In this document: in pieces, positions 29,075 to 39,298 of the stretch
Layout: each line of letters starts with the position of its first letter
Numbering within the stretch: position 1 is the first letter of the stretch
NCBI GenBank assembly: GCA_965223705.1
Contig: OZ245015.1
Location: 288,001 to 352,000, forward strand
DNA: 64,000 bases
Origin: Myxococcota bacterium
GTDB taxonomy: Bacteria; Myxococcota_A; UBA9160; UBA6930
Direction of reading: 5' to 3'
Program-made: the position numbers and the translations under genes
Notes under the pieces: model-generated
What the model saw: only the letters and a program-made list of their open reading frames with translations
The model's database searches: none
What the model was told of the DNA's origin: nothing

Positions 29075-31426
29075 ATGATCCCGCCGCAAATCATGGAAAC
29101 CGCCAAAGCTTCTCATTCCCGCGCGGATCGCGCTGTGGTCGCGTACGCCGAAGCCATCCTGCGCTGGCGCTGGCTCGTCATGGCGCTGGCCCTCGGAGTG
29201 GCCGCTTGCGCAGGCTATGGCGCGCGTTACGCCGTCGTCGTCTCGGACTACCGGTACGAGTTCACCGAAGGAAACCCCCAGCTGGTCGCGTTCGAAACGA
29301 TGGAACGCGTGTACGGCAAGAACGATACGGTGATCTTCTTCGTCGTGCCGGAAACCGGCGACGTGTTCAACCGGGAGACGCTGTCGGCGATCTATTGGTT
29401 GACCGAGGAAGCCTGGCAGCTTCCGTATTCGCGTCGCGTGGACTCCCTCGCGAACTATCAGCACACCGAAGCAGACGGCGATGACCTCGAAGTGATGGAT
29501 CTCATCGAGGATCCCGACGAGCTCGATTCCGCGGCGTTGGCGCGTCTACGCGATATCGCACTCTCCGAGCCCCAGCTCCGGGGTAGAGTCGTTCCCGCCG
29601 ACGGCTCGGGCACCTCGGTCGCTGTCACCATCCACTTCCCCGACGAAGGAAGCGGCCACGAACTCGCGCTCGCTTCGGAGGCGAGGAAGCTCGTCGCTCG
29701 AGCCGAGGAGCGGTTCCCCGGCCATCGCGTCGCATTGTCGGGTTTGGTTCCGTTTTCGGCCGCGTACGAAGAAGCGAGTCGCCACGACCTGGTGACGCTC
29801 GTGCCGCTGATGTACGCGGTGCTCGTCATCACGCTCTTCTTGTTCCTGCGATCGACCTGGGGAACCGTCGGGACCCTCATCGTCGCGGCGCTCTCAGCGA
29901 TCAGCGGTATGGGCTTGGGCTTTTGGGCCGGGATCCCGTTCACTCAGGGCGCTGCCGTCGCCCCGACCATTATTCTGACGATCGCGATCGCCGACGGCGT
30001 CCACATCCTCGTCACGTTCGTCAAGGAGCGTCGCAGCGGGCAGGATCATCACGCGGCTCTCGTCGAGAGCCTCCGCGTGAACTGGCAGCCCGTGTTCTTG
30101 ACGAGCCTCACCACGGTGATCGGCTTCTTGAGCCTGAACGCGAGCGATAGCAGCTGGTTCCGCGACCTCGGAAACTTCACGGCCCTGGGCGTGTGCGCCG
30201 CGTGGTTCTTCTCGGTCACGTTCTTGCCGGCGTTCGTGTCGCTCGTGCCGTATCCAATCCACGCCGAGCGACACGTCGGTGGGCTCTCGATGGAGCGCTA
30301 CGCGAACTGGATGATCGGGCATCGGCGGCCCATTCTCGGCGCGATGGTCATCCTTTTGGTCGTGATGGCTGTCCTGATACCGCGAATCGAGCTGAACGAC
30401 ACGTTCACCAGCATGTTCGACGAAGACGTGCCGTTTCGGCAGGACCTCGAGTTCATGTCCGAGCGCCTCCCCGGTATCTACATGTTCCAGTACTCGCTCG
30501 CTGCGGACGGATCCGATGAGATCAATGAACCGGTCTATTGGGAGCAACTCGAAACGTTCGTCGATTGGTTGCGCGCACAACCCGAAGTGACGCACGTGCA
30601 GATTCTCTCGGACACCATGAAGCGTCTCAACCGCAACATGCACGGTGATGATCCCAGTGCCTATCACCTCCCGACGGAGCGGGATCGCTCTGCGCAGTAT
30701 CTTCTGCTCTACGAGATGTCACTGCCCTACGGGCTCGACCTCAACAACCAGATCAACGTCGACAAGTCCGCCACGAAAGTGACGGTGACGATCCATTCGC
30801 TGTCGTCGAAGGAGATGCGCGAGTTCGACTACCGCATTCAAGCGTGGCTTCGTGAGAACGCGCCGCCGGCGATGCACGTCGCCGGGGCGAGCCCGACGTT
30901 GATGTTCGCGCACATGTCCGAGCGCAACGTGCAGGCCATGATCCGCGGCACGGCACTGGCGCTCGTGCTGATTTCCGCCATGTTGGCGATCTCGCTTCGG
31001 AGCGCGAAGCTTGGCTTGCTGAGCCTCATTCCGAACGTCGGCCCAACGGTGATCGCTTTCGGCGTCTGGGCGCTTCTCATCGGCCAAGCGGGGTTCTCGG
31101 TCTCGATGGTCTCCGCGTGCAGTCTCGGAATTATCGTCGATGCCACCGTGCACTTTCTGAGCAAATACCTGCGCGCGCGGCGGGAGCGGGCGGCGAACGC
31201 CGAAGAGGCGGTGCGCTACGCCATCTCGACCGTCGGCGCAGCGCTGTGGATCACGTTTCTGGTGCTCATTGTCGGCTTTGCGGTTCTCAGCCTGTCACCG
31301 ATCGAGACGAACTCGCTCTTCGGTTTGATGATTGCGATTACGATCGGCGCCGCTCTGCTGACTTCGTTCTTGCTGTTGCCGACGCTGTTGATCCAGATCG
31401 AGGGCGAGGAAGGCCGCCTGGTCTAG
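29075..31426 (+). CDS. MMPL/RND-family transporter
   Basis: Two repeats of TM + periplasmic domain + 5 TM; IAIADGVH, LTSLTT, GIIVDATVHF. Confidence 0.9.
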   Translation: MIPPQIMETAKASHSRADRAVVAYAEAILRWRWLVMALALGVAACAGYGARYAVVVSDYRYEFTEGNPQLVAFETMERVYGKNDTVIFFVVPETGDVFNRETLSAIYWLTEEAWQLPYSRRVDSLANYQHTEADGDDLEVMDLIEDPDELDSAALARLRDIALSEPQLRGRVVPADGSGTSVAVTIHFPDEGSGHELALASEARKLVARAEERFPGHRVALSGLVPFSAAYEEASRHDLVTLVPLMYAVLVITLFLFLRSTWGTVGTLIVAALSAISGMGLGFWAGIPFTQGAAVAPTIILTIAIADGVHILVTFVKERRSGQDHHAALVESLRVNWQPVFLTSLTTVIGFLSLNASDSSWFRDLGNFTALGVCAAWFFSVTFLPAFVSLVPYPIHAERHVGGLSMERYANWMIGHRRPILGAMVILLVVMAVLIPRIELNDTFTSMFDEDVPFRQDLEFMSERLPGIYMFQYSLAADGSDEINEPVYWEQLETFVDWLRAQPEVTHVQILSDTMKRLNRNMHGDDPSAYHLPTERDRSAQYLLLYEMSLPYGLDLNNQINVDKSATKVTVTIHSLSSKEMREFDYRIQAWLRENAPPAMHVAGASPTLMFAHMSERNVQAMIRGTALALVLISAMLAISLRSAKLGLLSLIPNVGPTVIAFGVWALLIGQAGFSVSMVSACSLGIIVDATVHFLSKYLRARRERAANAEEAVRYAISTVGAALWITFLVLIVGFAVLSLSPIETNSLFGLMIAITIGAALLTSFLLLPTLLIQIEGEEGRLV

Positions 31427-31434
31427 TGATGGGC

Positions 31435-33342
31435 TTACGATGAGCTCCCGAGAGACTCGCGCAATTCCTCGAGCTCGCTCCACCGCTCGTAAGCGGCTTC
31501 GAGCTCGGCGGCTAGAGCCGTGACCCGATCGTGCACCTGCGCCTGGTCCTCGGCGCTGCCCTCGTAGAAGGAAGGTTCGCTCAACCGGGCGACGAGTTCT
31601 CGGTGTTCGGCCTCTAGCCTTTCGATGCGTTCGGGAAGCTGCTCGAGTTCACGCGCGGCCTTGAATCCGAGCTTCGTGGGTTTGCTCGCCTTCTTCGTCG
31701 GTTCTTTCGGCGTGCGCGCGGTGGGATCCGCAGCGGCGACCGCTTCCACCGGGCGCGTACGCAACCAATCGGAGTAGCCGCCGACGTATTCCCGCACCCG
31801 GCCCTCCCCCTCGAACACGAGCGTCGAAGTCACCACGTTGTCGAGAAACGCCCGGTCGTGGGAGACGAGAAGGACCGTTCCGCTGTACTCGGCGAGGAGT
31901 TCTTCAAGAAGTTCGAGGGTTTCCAGATCGAGATCGTTTGTCGGCTCGTCGAGTACGAGCAGGTTCGCGGGTTTCGCGAAGAGCTGGGCGAGGAGAACCC
32001 GATTCTGCTCACCGCCGGAGAGTGCCTTCACTGGGGTGCGAGCCCGCTCTGGACTGAAGAGAAAATCCTGCAGGTAGCCGATGACGTGTCGCCGCGCGCC
32101 GCCGATCTCGATGAACTCGGCACCCCCGGCGATGTTGTCCGCGACCGAGCGTTCGAAGTCCAACGAAGCGCGCAGTTGATCGTAATAGGCGACCTCGAGC
32201 TTTGTGCCGAGATGAATGTCGCCGGAACTGGGTTCGAGCTGCCCTAGAAGTAAACGCAAGAGCGTGGTCTTTCCGACGCCGTTCGGTCCGACCAGCCCGA
32301 CGCGGTCGCCGCGCATGATGCGCATCGAAAAATCCCGGACGACCGGTGGTTCGCCTTCCCCCCATGAGAAAGAGACGCTTCGAGCATCGGCCACGAGCTT
32401 GCCCGATGTGCGTCCCTCGTCGAGGGAGAGGCGAACGTCACCCTCGACTTCGCGGCGGCGCTTTCGCTCTTCCCGCAGTTTGAGGAGTGCGCGCACACGC
32501 CCCTCGTTGCGGGTCCGCCTCGCTTTGATGCCCTGTCGGATCCACGCTTCTTCCTGTGCGAGCTTCTTGTCGAACACGGCGGCGTGACGCGCTTCTTCCG
32601 CCAACGCCGCGGCTTTCTTTTTCAGGTAAGCCTCATAGTCGCCCGGCCACGAAGTGAGCACGCCGCGATCGAGCTCGACGATGCGTGTCGCCAAGCGCTT
32701 GAGAAGCGCTCGGTCATGGGTGACGAAGAGCACGCCGCCGCGCAGGGTCAGCAGCTGCTCTTCCAGCCACTGGATGACCTCGATGTCGAGGTGGTTCGTC
32801 GGTTCGTCGAGCAGCAAGAGATCGGGTTCGCGGACCAACGCCTGGGCGAGAGAGACGCGTCGTCGCCAACCCCCCGACAGCTCCGCAACACGTGTGTCGG
32901 CGGGGAGCTCGAGCCTCGCAATCATCTGATCGACGCGCTGGTTGCGGCTCCAACCGTTACAGGCATCGATCTCGTGCTGGAGACGCTCGAGCTCTTTCAT
33001 CGCCGAAGCGTCGTCCGTTACCGCCAGGGATACGCGGTGAAACTCCGCGAGCAACTGGCCGATGTCGGCCAACCCCGCCGCGACGACGTCGAACACCGTG
33101 GCGGCAGCGTCCGCCGGGAGCTCCTGCGCGAGGCGTGCGACGACGAGCTCAGGCTGGCGCCACACCTCGCCGGCATCGGGCTGCACCGATCCGTCGACGA
33201 GTTTGAGGAGGGTCGATTTGCCCGCGCCATTGCGTCCGATCAGGCAGACCCGCTCGCCCGCGTCGACCTGGAACTCGACTTCGTGGAGGAGGGGATGTTG
33301 CCCGAAAGAGATCGAGACGCGGTCGAAACTGACGAGGGGCAT
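31435..33342 (-). CDS. uup: ABC-F ATPase, Uup type
   Basis: Two ABC domains (GRNGAGKST, LSGG, LDEPTN), linker WIRQGIKARRTRNEGRVR and C-terminal coiled coil. Confidence 0.9.
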   Translation of the reverse strand: MPLVSFDRVSISFGQHPLLHEVEFQVDAGERVCLIGRNGAGKSTLLKLVDGSVQPDAGEVWRQPELVVARLAQELPADAAATVFDVVAAGLADIGQLLAEFHRVSLAVTDDASAMKELERLQHEIDACNGWSRNQRVDQMIARLELPADTRVAELSGGWRRRVSLAQALVREPDLLLLDEPTNHLDIEVIQWLEEQLLTLRGGVLFVTHDRALLKRLATRIVELDRGVLTSWPGDYEAYLKKKAAALAEEARHAAVFDKKLAQEEAWIRQGIKARRTRNEGRVRALLKLREERKRRREVEGDVRLSLDEGRTSGKLVADARSVSFSWGEGEPPVVRDFSMRIMRGDRVGLVGPNGVGKTTLLRLLLGQLEPSSGDIHLGTKLEVAYYDQLRASLDFERSVADNIAGGAEFIEIGGARRHVIGYLQDFLFSPERARTPVKALSGGEQNRVLLAQLFAKPANLLVLDEPTNDLDLETLELLEELLAEYSGTVLLVSHDRAFLDNVVTSTLVFEGEGRVREYVGGYSDWLRTRPVEAVAAADPTARTPKEPTKKASKPTKLGFKAARELEQLPERIERLEAEHRELVARLSEPSFYEGSAEDQAQVHDRVTALAAELEAAYERWSELEELRESLGSSS

Positions 33343-33357
33343 CGGTTCTGCGGGCGG

Positions 33358-34428
33358 TCAGTCCGAACCGGGTACTTCGCAGGCTTGATCGAGATCGATC
33401 TCGACGGTCACCGCGCGGTTGCGATGAGGCCCGGCACACCACGTCGGAATGGCTACGGAATAGAGCCCGCCGCCCCCCGCGACAGCAACCAGGACGTCGT
33501 CGGGTGAGTGGAAGCACCGAACGACGTCGCGGACCTTGCCGATGCCGATCGCTCCCGTGCGCGCGAGGTCTTCGGCGGTGTTCTCGGCCCGCTCGTAGAT
33601 CGCCTGCGCAACGGATTCACGCGTCAAACCGACGCTCGCAAGCACGTTCGCATGCGAGGGGTTGAGCAGGACCATCGCCGCACCGCCTGAAAGCGCGGCG
33701 TTGTTCGTAGCGGCGTTTGCGAACGCACCGGCGAGAGACGTGAGGAACCGGTCGGCGCTCTCCGAGTCCCCGTGCTCGAGCACTCCGATGACGGAGTGAG
33801 GCGCTTCACCGCCCATCACGGTGACGGTCGACTGTTCTGCGCTGAAACCCCGCGCGACGTGAAACGGTGGAAAAGGGCTTTCTTCCTCGGCTTCCGCCAA
33901 GCAGTACGTGAACTTTCCCGGGTGACCCAGCAGCGCCATATCCGACGTGCCGGGCCGACCGCCCCCGATGTTGATCATCGCAAGTCGTAACGCCCGGCCG
34001 ATCGAGGCGTTGGCACGGTGGCCTGGACCGAGCGCGCCGTAGCCCGACGCGATCCCGCCGCACCACGAACGCGCGGGGCCGTTCACCAGGATAAAGGGCG
34101 CCGTGTCGTGGGTGGTGGCCTGCATTTCCGTCAAATCGAACTCGGGGTCCATGATGGCGCGCGCGGCGGCGAGAACGACCGGCATATGATCCGGCGTGCA
34201 ACCTGCCATCACCGCGGCGATCGCTAATTTTTCGACGCTGCAGGCGCCGAGCGCGGGGCCCATCTCGCCGAGTACAAGGTCGCCATCGAGGAGACTTGCG
34301 AGGATCATGCGCTCGACCCGCGCTTCGGTCGGGATCACGACCGGCAGCCCGTCGGTGCAGGCCATCTCGTGCAGTTCCTCGAGAGCAGACGCCTCGTCGA
34401 CGGCCTTGCGCCGCGCGCTCGCAATCAC
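33358..34428 (-). CDS. Uncharacterised protein of the family that accompanies UGSC proteins
   Basis: TDGLPVVIPT, AIAAVMAGC, QATT, GPGHRANASIGRALRL, VAGGGG. Start overlaps the UGSC stop (GTGA). Confidence 0.8.
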   Translation of the reverse strand: MIASARRKAVDEASALEELHEMACTDGLPVVIPTEARVERMILASLLDGDLVLGEMGPALGACSVEKLAIAAVMAGCTPDHMPVVLAAARAIMDPEFDLTEMQATTHDTAPFILVNGPARSWCGGIASGYGALGPGHRANASIGRALRLAMINIGGGRPGTSDMALLGHPGKFTYCLAEAEEESPFPPFHVARGFSAEQSTVTVMGGEAPHSVIGVLEHGDSESADRFLTSLAGAFANAATNNAALSGGAAMVLLNPSHANVLASVGLTRESVAQAIYERAENTAEDLARTGAIGIGKVRDVVRCFHSPDDVLVAVAGGGGLYSVAIPTWCAGPHRNRAVTVEIDLDQACEVPGSD

Positions 34429-34955
34429 GACGTCCCCTGAAACGCAGCGAGGATCTCGGGCTGGATGTCGCGCGCCACGCGCGTGTGCGCTTCGGCGCCG
34501 GTTCCGGCGACGGGATGGGGCAAACGGATGCGCGGGATGGCCGGCATGCCGACGGACCGCGCGATGAAGTTGCCCTGTTCGAGAAAATCGTCGGTGACCA
34601 GGGTGACCGCGGGAATGCCGCGGCGGGCGAGCTTGATGCCGTCACGCACGGTGCCGGTGGTGCAGCCGCCTCAGTGTCCGTAGGCGGCGACTACCGCCTG
34701 ACATTCCTTGACGATCTCTTCGAGCATGTTGTCGCGAACGACGATGGACGCATCGCCTTTGTCGTAGCGGTAGAAACGGATCTCGGGGTTCGCCTGACCG
34801 AGTGCCTCGGCCACGCGATCGAGAAAGTTCACGGAATCCGGGAAACCATTCGCCAAGAGACCGATATCCACGGGGCCCCGGGTGACGTCGATCCGGAGCG
34901 CGTAGGGCTCGATGGGAGCGCTCGGTTCGGCACGAGGGTCGAGAAATTCAATCAT
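34425..34955 (-). CDS. Predicted UGSC-family selenoprotein (176 aa; TGA at 34673-34671 = codon 95)
   Basis: MIEFLDP...IGLLANG...VVAAYGH-U-GGCTTGTVRDGIKLARRGIPAV...LPHP reads in one frame across the TGA. Confidence 0.88.
34635..34655 (-). promoter_or_regulatory. Candidate bacterial SECIS for the TGA at 34673
   Basis: mRNA +20 to +32 forms CCGU-[GCGUG]-ACGG; the loop starts with G at +24. The stem is short. Confidence 0.4.
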
Positions 34956-34984
34956 CGGTGCGCCTCCTCGCGGAGAGCATACCA

Positions 34985-35830
34985 CTAGGTTTCGACGACG
35001 AGCTTTCCGAGAGGGGCGCCGCAGTGCTTGCAGTAGCGGGCGTCGTTTTCGTGCCCTTCGGTCAGGCACTCGAAACACCGCCTCGCGGTGGCTCGGTGAG
35101 CCGCTGCGGCGGTCTCGACGATCTCGGCGGTGACGATCCCCGTCGGCACCGCGATGATGCTGTAGCCCAGGATCATCACGACGGTGGCCAGCGTCTTGCC
35201 GGGCACGGTTTGGGGCGCGAGGTCGCCATAGCCGACCGTCGTCATCGTCACCACCGCCCAATAGACCGAGGTGGGGATACTTGTAAAACCGTGCTCCTCG
35301 CCCTCGATGATGTACATCGCGGTGCCGAGAATCGTGACCAAGATCGTGATGGTGCCGAGAAACACGCCGACTTTGTGGCGGCTGTCCGCCAGGGCGCGGC
35401 GTAGAATGCTCGCCTCGCCCAGGAACTGCGCGAGCTTGAACACGCGAAAAATGCGCAGCAACCGAAGCGCGCGGATCACCAACAGGTGTTCCGCCCCGGG
35501 GACGAACAGGCTCAAGTAGGTCGGGAGGATCGCGATGAGATCTACGATTCCGAAGAAGCTTCGCGCGTAGCGAACCGGGAACGGGACACAGATCAAACGA
35601 ACGACGTATTCGATGGTGAAGAGGACCGTGAAGGTCCACTCGGCGATATCGAGTGCGCGCCCGTAGTTTTGGCGGATTGAAGCCACACTCTCGAGCATGA
35701 CCGCCAGGACGCTGGCCGAGATCGCGAGGAGGAGCGCAACATCGAACGCTTTTCCGGCCGGCGTGTCGGTGCCGAAAATGATGACCTGGGCCGCTTCGCG
35801 CCAGGAAGCGCCGTCCTTCGCTTCACTCAC
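34985..35830 (-). CDS. Voltage-gated potassium channel (6TM)
   Basis: S4 segment RALRLLRIFRVFK, filter TMTTVGYGD, C-terminal CxxC...CxxC. Confidence 0.92.
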   Translation of the reverse strand: MSEAKDGASWREAAQVIIFGTDTPAGKAFDVALLLAISASVLAVMLESVASIRQNYGRALDIAEWTFTVLFTIEYVVRLICVPFPVRYARSFFGIVDLIAILPTYLSLFVPGAEHLLVIRALRLLRIFRVFKLAQFLGEASILRRALADSRHKVGVFLGTITILVTILGTAMYIIEGEEHGFTSIPTSVYWAVVTMTTVGYGDLAPQTVPGKTLATVVMILGYSIIAVPTGIVTAEIVETAAAAHRATARRCFECLTEGHENDARYCKHCGAPLGKLVVET

Positions 35831-35940
35831 CCGTCAGCTCGCGACGGCACCGTGGGTGCGCTTGTTGATGCGTCTCTTCCACGCGGACACTCCTGGCTGG
35901 AATCCGGAGTGTAGCGACCGAATTCCAGCCAGGGGTGACT

Positions 35941-36393
35941 TCAGGGCGCGAGTGTACTCGTCTCTATCGGCCGATCCGGTTCGGGAAGCCGGACGGTGAC
36001 GTCCGGTCGGTCGGCCGAAACGAGGGCTTCGAACGAGTCCCCTGGGTCCACGACGTCTACGCGCACGTAGTGTTTGTGCCCTTTTCCGAGGGTGTCGAAA
36101 ACTCTTAGTTCGACCCGCAGTTCCTGACCGGTTGCCCGCTGAAAGCGAGCGACGTACTCGCCGGGGAGGGTCCTTGGCGGGCCCGTCTTCACGAGAGGAC
36201 GACCGTCGATGGTCAATCGGATCGGCTCGGCGCCGAGATCCGCCGCGGCGTCGCGGTGATCGCCCGCGTCGATCCGGAAGACCACATCAATCGTCTCCGA
36301 CCGGACCACGACGTGCGAGTCGCTGAAACCCGGGTCGTGGGCTTGGGAAGCTCCGGTCAGCAGGAGCAGAATGAGCAGGGTTCGCAGTGTCAT
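35941..36393 (-). CDS. Secreted protein resembling the soluble N-terminal part of HupE/UreJ-type proteins
   Basis: Signal peptide ending SQA-HDPGFS, GHKHY motif; directly downstream of the DUF4331 gene. Confidence 0.5.
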   Translation of the reverse strand: MTLRTLLILLLLTGASQAHDPGFSDSHVVVRSETIDVVFRIDAGDHRDAAADLGAEPIRLTIDGRPLVKTGPPRTLPGEYVARFQRATGQELRVELRVFDTLGKGHKHYVRVDVVDPGDSFEALVSADRPDVTVRLPEPDRPIETSTLAP

Positions 36394-36407
36394 CGAACGC
36401 CCCCGAG

Positions 36408-37865
36408 CTAGTTGTGGTGACCGTGGTTGCGGCCGTTCAAGGGTGTCGCACCGTAGGGAAACACCTTGTTGTACGCGATGTCGTTCTCACTGACGTTGTC
36501 GATGCCGTCGGCGACGACCAGTTCGGCACCCGGATCCGCGAGGTCGTTGATGACGGCCGTGACGCCGATGTCGACCACGTCATCCCCAAAACGCCGGCCA
36601 TTGGGCCATCCACCGGCGACGGGTCCACCGGTCAAGCGACTCATCAGCGTGTCGCCTCCGAAGACGCTCAAGCGAGAGAAGCCCGGGTCGTCGGGATTGG
36701 TCGGGTGGTTCGGTCCCCCGCCTGCGAGGCGCGCCGCCGGCGTCGAAAGATCGATTCGAATCACGTCCGGGATGAAGATCCCGGCCAGGTCCTCTCTGCC
36801 GTTCTCGGGAGCGACCGGCGCCTGGAAGACCAGTGCGTTCACGAGGCGGGCCAACTCGGGTTCAGTGGCGTACTTCTTGAACAGGCTGCGATCGAAACGC
36901 GGAGACGTTCGGTTGTAACGGTCTTTGTCCTCCAGCGCGACGAAGCCCTCGTTGAAGAGCGGGTTCCCCTGGCGACCGACCTGGACCCAACGCGCGCGAT
37001 GGTGGCGGTGACGCAGCACGCTTTCCGTCTTGCGACTCGTCGTGGCGTGGATGCCCACCACCTGCATGTCCCCGCCGATCTCTCGGATCGGGATGTCGAG
37101 AGCGATCATGTGAACGTTGAAGCCGCCTTGGCTGTCGAAGCGATCCTCGCGCGTCCGGAGCGACAGCGCGTCGAACACGGCCTGGATATCGGCATAGAAT
37201 CCGTCGTCACGCTGACCCGCAAACGCGACGTAACCGTCCGCCAAGTGGGCAATCGATTGCTGCGTGTACCGGTCGAGCTGGCCGTCGCGGCCGACACCGT
37301 CCTTGGCAGGCGATTCACCGTTGTCCCCGCGATTGTAGAATGGCGTCACGAGGCCCTGGTTGTTGGGCGGAACGATCCCCGTGCCGAGGAGCGACACGTG
37401 TTCCTTGCCCGACAAGCCGCGGCGAACGACCCGACTCACGGTGTAACGCTGCACCATGTTTTGGCCGTCGTCGCCGACGTCTCGGATGACTCCCTGGAAC
37501 GCTTGCAGAATCGTGCGCTGGTTCCGGAACTCGGTGTCGAACTCGAAGCGGTAGGTGATGTCCGTTCCGCCGCGCTCGACGCGTCGCCCTTTCGAGAGAT
37601 GGATCTCGTAGCGGACCCGATCGTCGAACCGGTAGTTGTTCGGACCGATTCCGGGCTCTTCGAAGGGATAGACCGCGAGGGCGGTGGATAGATATTTCTC
37701 GCCGTCTCGCTCTGAAACGAACGCATAGACGTCCGTGGTATTAGCCGCATCATCGAGTGTCAGCAGCGGGGCATCCATATGGCTCGAAGCGTTGGCGACG
37801 GGTGCCAGAAAAACCAGCAGAGCGGTGGCAAGCCACGCAAAGCCAGCCGGTCGTCGTGTTCTCAT
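36408..37865 (-). CDS. DUF4331 family secreted protein
   Basis: ASSHMDAP...DVYAF, FAGQRDDGF, QVGRQGNP, GWPNGRRFGDDVVD, FPY. Confidence 0.88.
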   Translation of the reverse strand: MRTRRPAGFAWLATALLVFLAPVANASSHMDAPLLTLDDAANTTDVYAFVSERDGEKYLSTALAVYPFEEPGIGPNNYRFDDRVRYEIHLSKGRRVERGGTDITYRFEFDTEFRNQRTILQAFQGVIRDVGDDGQNMVQRYTVSRVVRRGLSGKEHVSLLGTGIVPPNNQGLVTPFYNRGDNGESPAKDGVGRDGQLDRYTQQSIAHLADGYVAFAGQRDDGFYADIQAVFDALSLRTREDRFDSQGGFNVHMIALDIPIREIGGDMQVVGIHATTSRKTESVLRHRHHRARWVQVGRQGNPLFNEGFVALEDKDRYNRTSPRFDRSLFKKYATEPELARLVNALVFQAPVAPENGREDLAGIFIPDVIRIDLSTPAARLAGGGPNHPTNPDDPGFSRLSVFGGDTLMSRLTGGPVAGGWPNGRRFGDDVVDIGVTAVINDLADPGAELVVADGIDNVSENDIAYNKVFPYGATPLNGRNHGHHN

Positions 37866-37866
37866 T

Positions 37867-39126
37867 TCATGATCTCCTGTTTAGTGTTCGTAAGGCATCT
37901 CGTAGCAAGCGCTGCTCTGAGGGGAGGAGCGCGAACGATCCACGCTCCGCGACAGAGAGCCAGCGCTCAGCGTCGTCGTGCGATGACATGCGAAGGGCCG
38001 TAACGCCGGCGCGGAGAGCGATCGCCGGGTCGGTGGCGCCGCTCGCCATGGCTTCCTGTGCATAGGCGAGTGCTGCGTGCGAGTTTCCGCCTAGCGCCCA
38101 GCCCATGGCGTCGAGTGAGTGCGCGTCGCGCCTCGCTCGAAGCTCGGTCTTCGCGAGAGAAATCGCGCGCGCGCGATCGATTCCCGCGGAAGCGAGAAAG
38201 ATCGCGAGAGATCGCGCGTCGTAGCGCTCCCCGTGTGTTACGAGAAGCGCGCGCGTCTCCTCCGCTTCACCCGCGAAGCCGAGTTCGGTCTGCGCTTCGA
38301 GGAGCATCCGCAACGCCGTCGGTGATGCACTGTCTCGAACCGGGAGGAGCCGATCGCGCACTCGCTGAAACGCGCCGTTCGCGAGATCGGCCCGGGCGCG
38401 GGCGCGCAGCGCGGGCCGACTTGTCGGATCGATTCTTTCGGCGCGCTCGGCAGCGAGGCGAGTCGACGTGAGGTCGCCTTCTTCAAGGGAGAGACGCGCG
38501 CGCTCTGACCACGCCCAGGCGAGCTGCGCGGGTCGTCGCTCGGGTATTCCGCGGATCGCTGTGTCGAGCGCTGCGATGGCACCCGGTCGATCACCGCTGC
38601 GGGAACGAAGCGTCGCAACGCGCAGGTACGCACGCGCATCGGGACGCAGATCGAGCATGCGTTGATACGCATCCGCCGCGACGTCGAGTTCACCGAGGTC
38701 GAGTGCGACGTCGCCCAAGAGGCCGAAGTCGTCCGGGGATCCGCGACGCCGCGCGACGCGCTCAGCGACAATCCGCGCTTCGCGAAAGCGATGCAATCCG
38801 TGAAGTGCACGGCCGCGCAGGAGATCGGCGGCGTTTTCGTCGCCGATGCGGTCGGCGATCAGGTCGCCACACAGCGAGGCGAGTCGGAAAGAGCCCGGGT
38901 CTTCGGAACCCCCGGCGCGCTCGAGATAGAGCCAGCCCAGGGTTTCGAGCCCGCGAAGCGTCGGACCGGTTTCGCGTAGGCGATTCTTGACCTGACGGAG
39001 CTCGATGCTCTCTCGGTTCGCATCGGTTTCCTGCGCCAGAACGACGCGGAACGGATCCGGCCCCGCCGAATGCGCGCTACTCCCACAGCCGAGACTCCAG
39101 ACAAAGAGCCAAATCCACCGCTTCAT
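37867..39126 (-). CDS. TPR-repeat lipoprotein (DUF4331 partner)
   Basis: Lipobox-like SLGC; repeated helical motifs (HRFREA, LLGDVALDLGELDVAADAYQRMLDLRP). Confidence 0.8.
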   Translation of the reverse strand: MKRWIWLFVWSLGCGSSAHSAGPDPFRVVLAQETDANRESIELRQVKNRLRETGPTLRGLETLGWLYLERAGGSEDPGSFRLASLCGDLIADRIGDENAADLLRGRALHGLHRFREARIVAERVARRRGSPDDFGLLGDVALDLGELDVAADAYQRMLDLRPDARAYLRVATLRSRSGDRPGAIAALDTAIRGIPERRPAQLAWAWSERARLSLEEGDLTSTRLAAERAERIDPTSRPALRARARADLANGAFQRVRDRLLPVRDSASPTALRMLLEAQTELGFAGEAEETRALLVTHGERYDARSLAIFLASAGIDRARAISLAKTELRARRDAHSLDAMGWALGGNSHAALAYAQEAMASGATDPAIALRAGVTALRMSSHDDAERWLSVAERGSFALLPSEQRLLRDALRTLNRRS

Positions 39127-39142
39127 CTCGTCCCTCCGCGGA

Positions 39143-39171
39143 GACTACGGGCCGGGCCCCGGTTCAGTTCG
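39143..39171 (-). promoter_or_regulatory. Putative ECF-sigma promoter of the TPR-DUF4331 operon
   Basis: CGAACtgaaccggggcccggccCGTAgtc (CGAAC-N17-CGTA). Confidence 0.7.
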
Positions 39172-39204
39172 GTACCCGCTCGAAAAACTCCCGGCGGGCG
39201 CGGT

Positions 39205-39230
39205 CGAACCGAAACCTCGCCTCGCCCGTA
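39205..39230 (+). promoter_or_regulatory. Putative autoregulatory ECF-sigma promoter
   Basis: CGAACcgaaacctcgcctcgccCGTA (CGAAC-N17-CGTA), upstream of the sigma gene. Confidence 0.7.
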
Positions 39231-39298
39231 TTTCCCGGAAACCAGCCGGTGTATCGTGGGGGTCCGAGCCGATTCGCTCCGGCTCGAACGAGGCCACG

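Noticed and set aside
34956..35639. N-terminal part of the 322-aa ORF 34671-35639
   Set aside because: Shadow frame of the K+ channel gene; only the part from ATG 34955 is credible.
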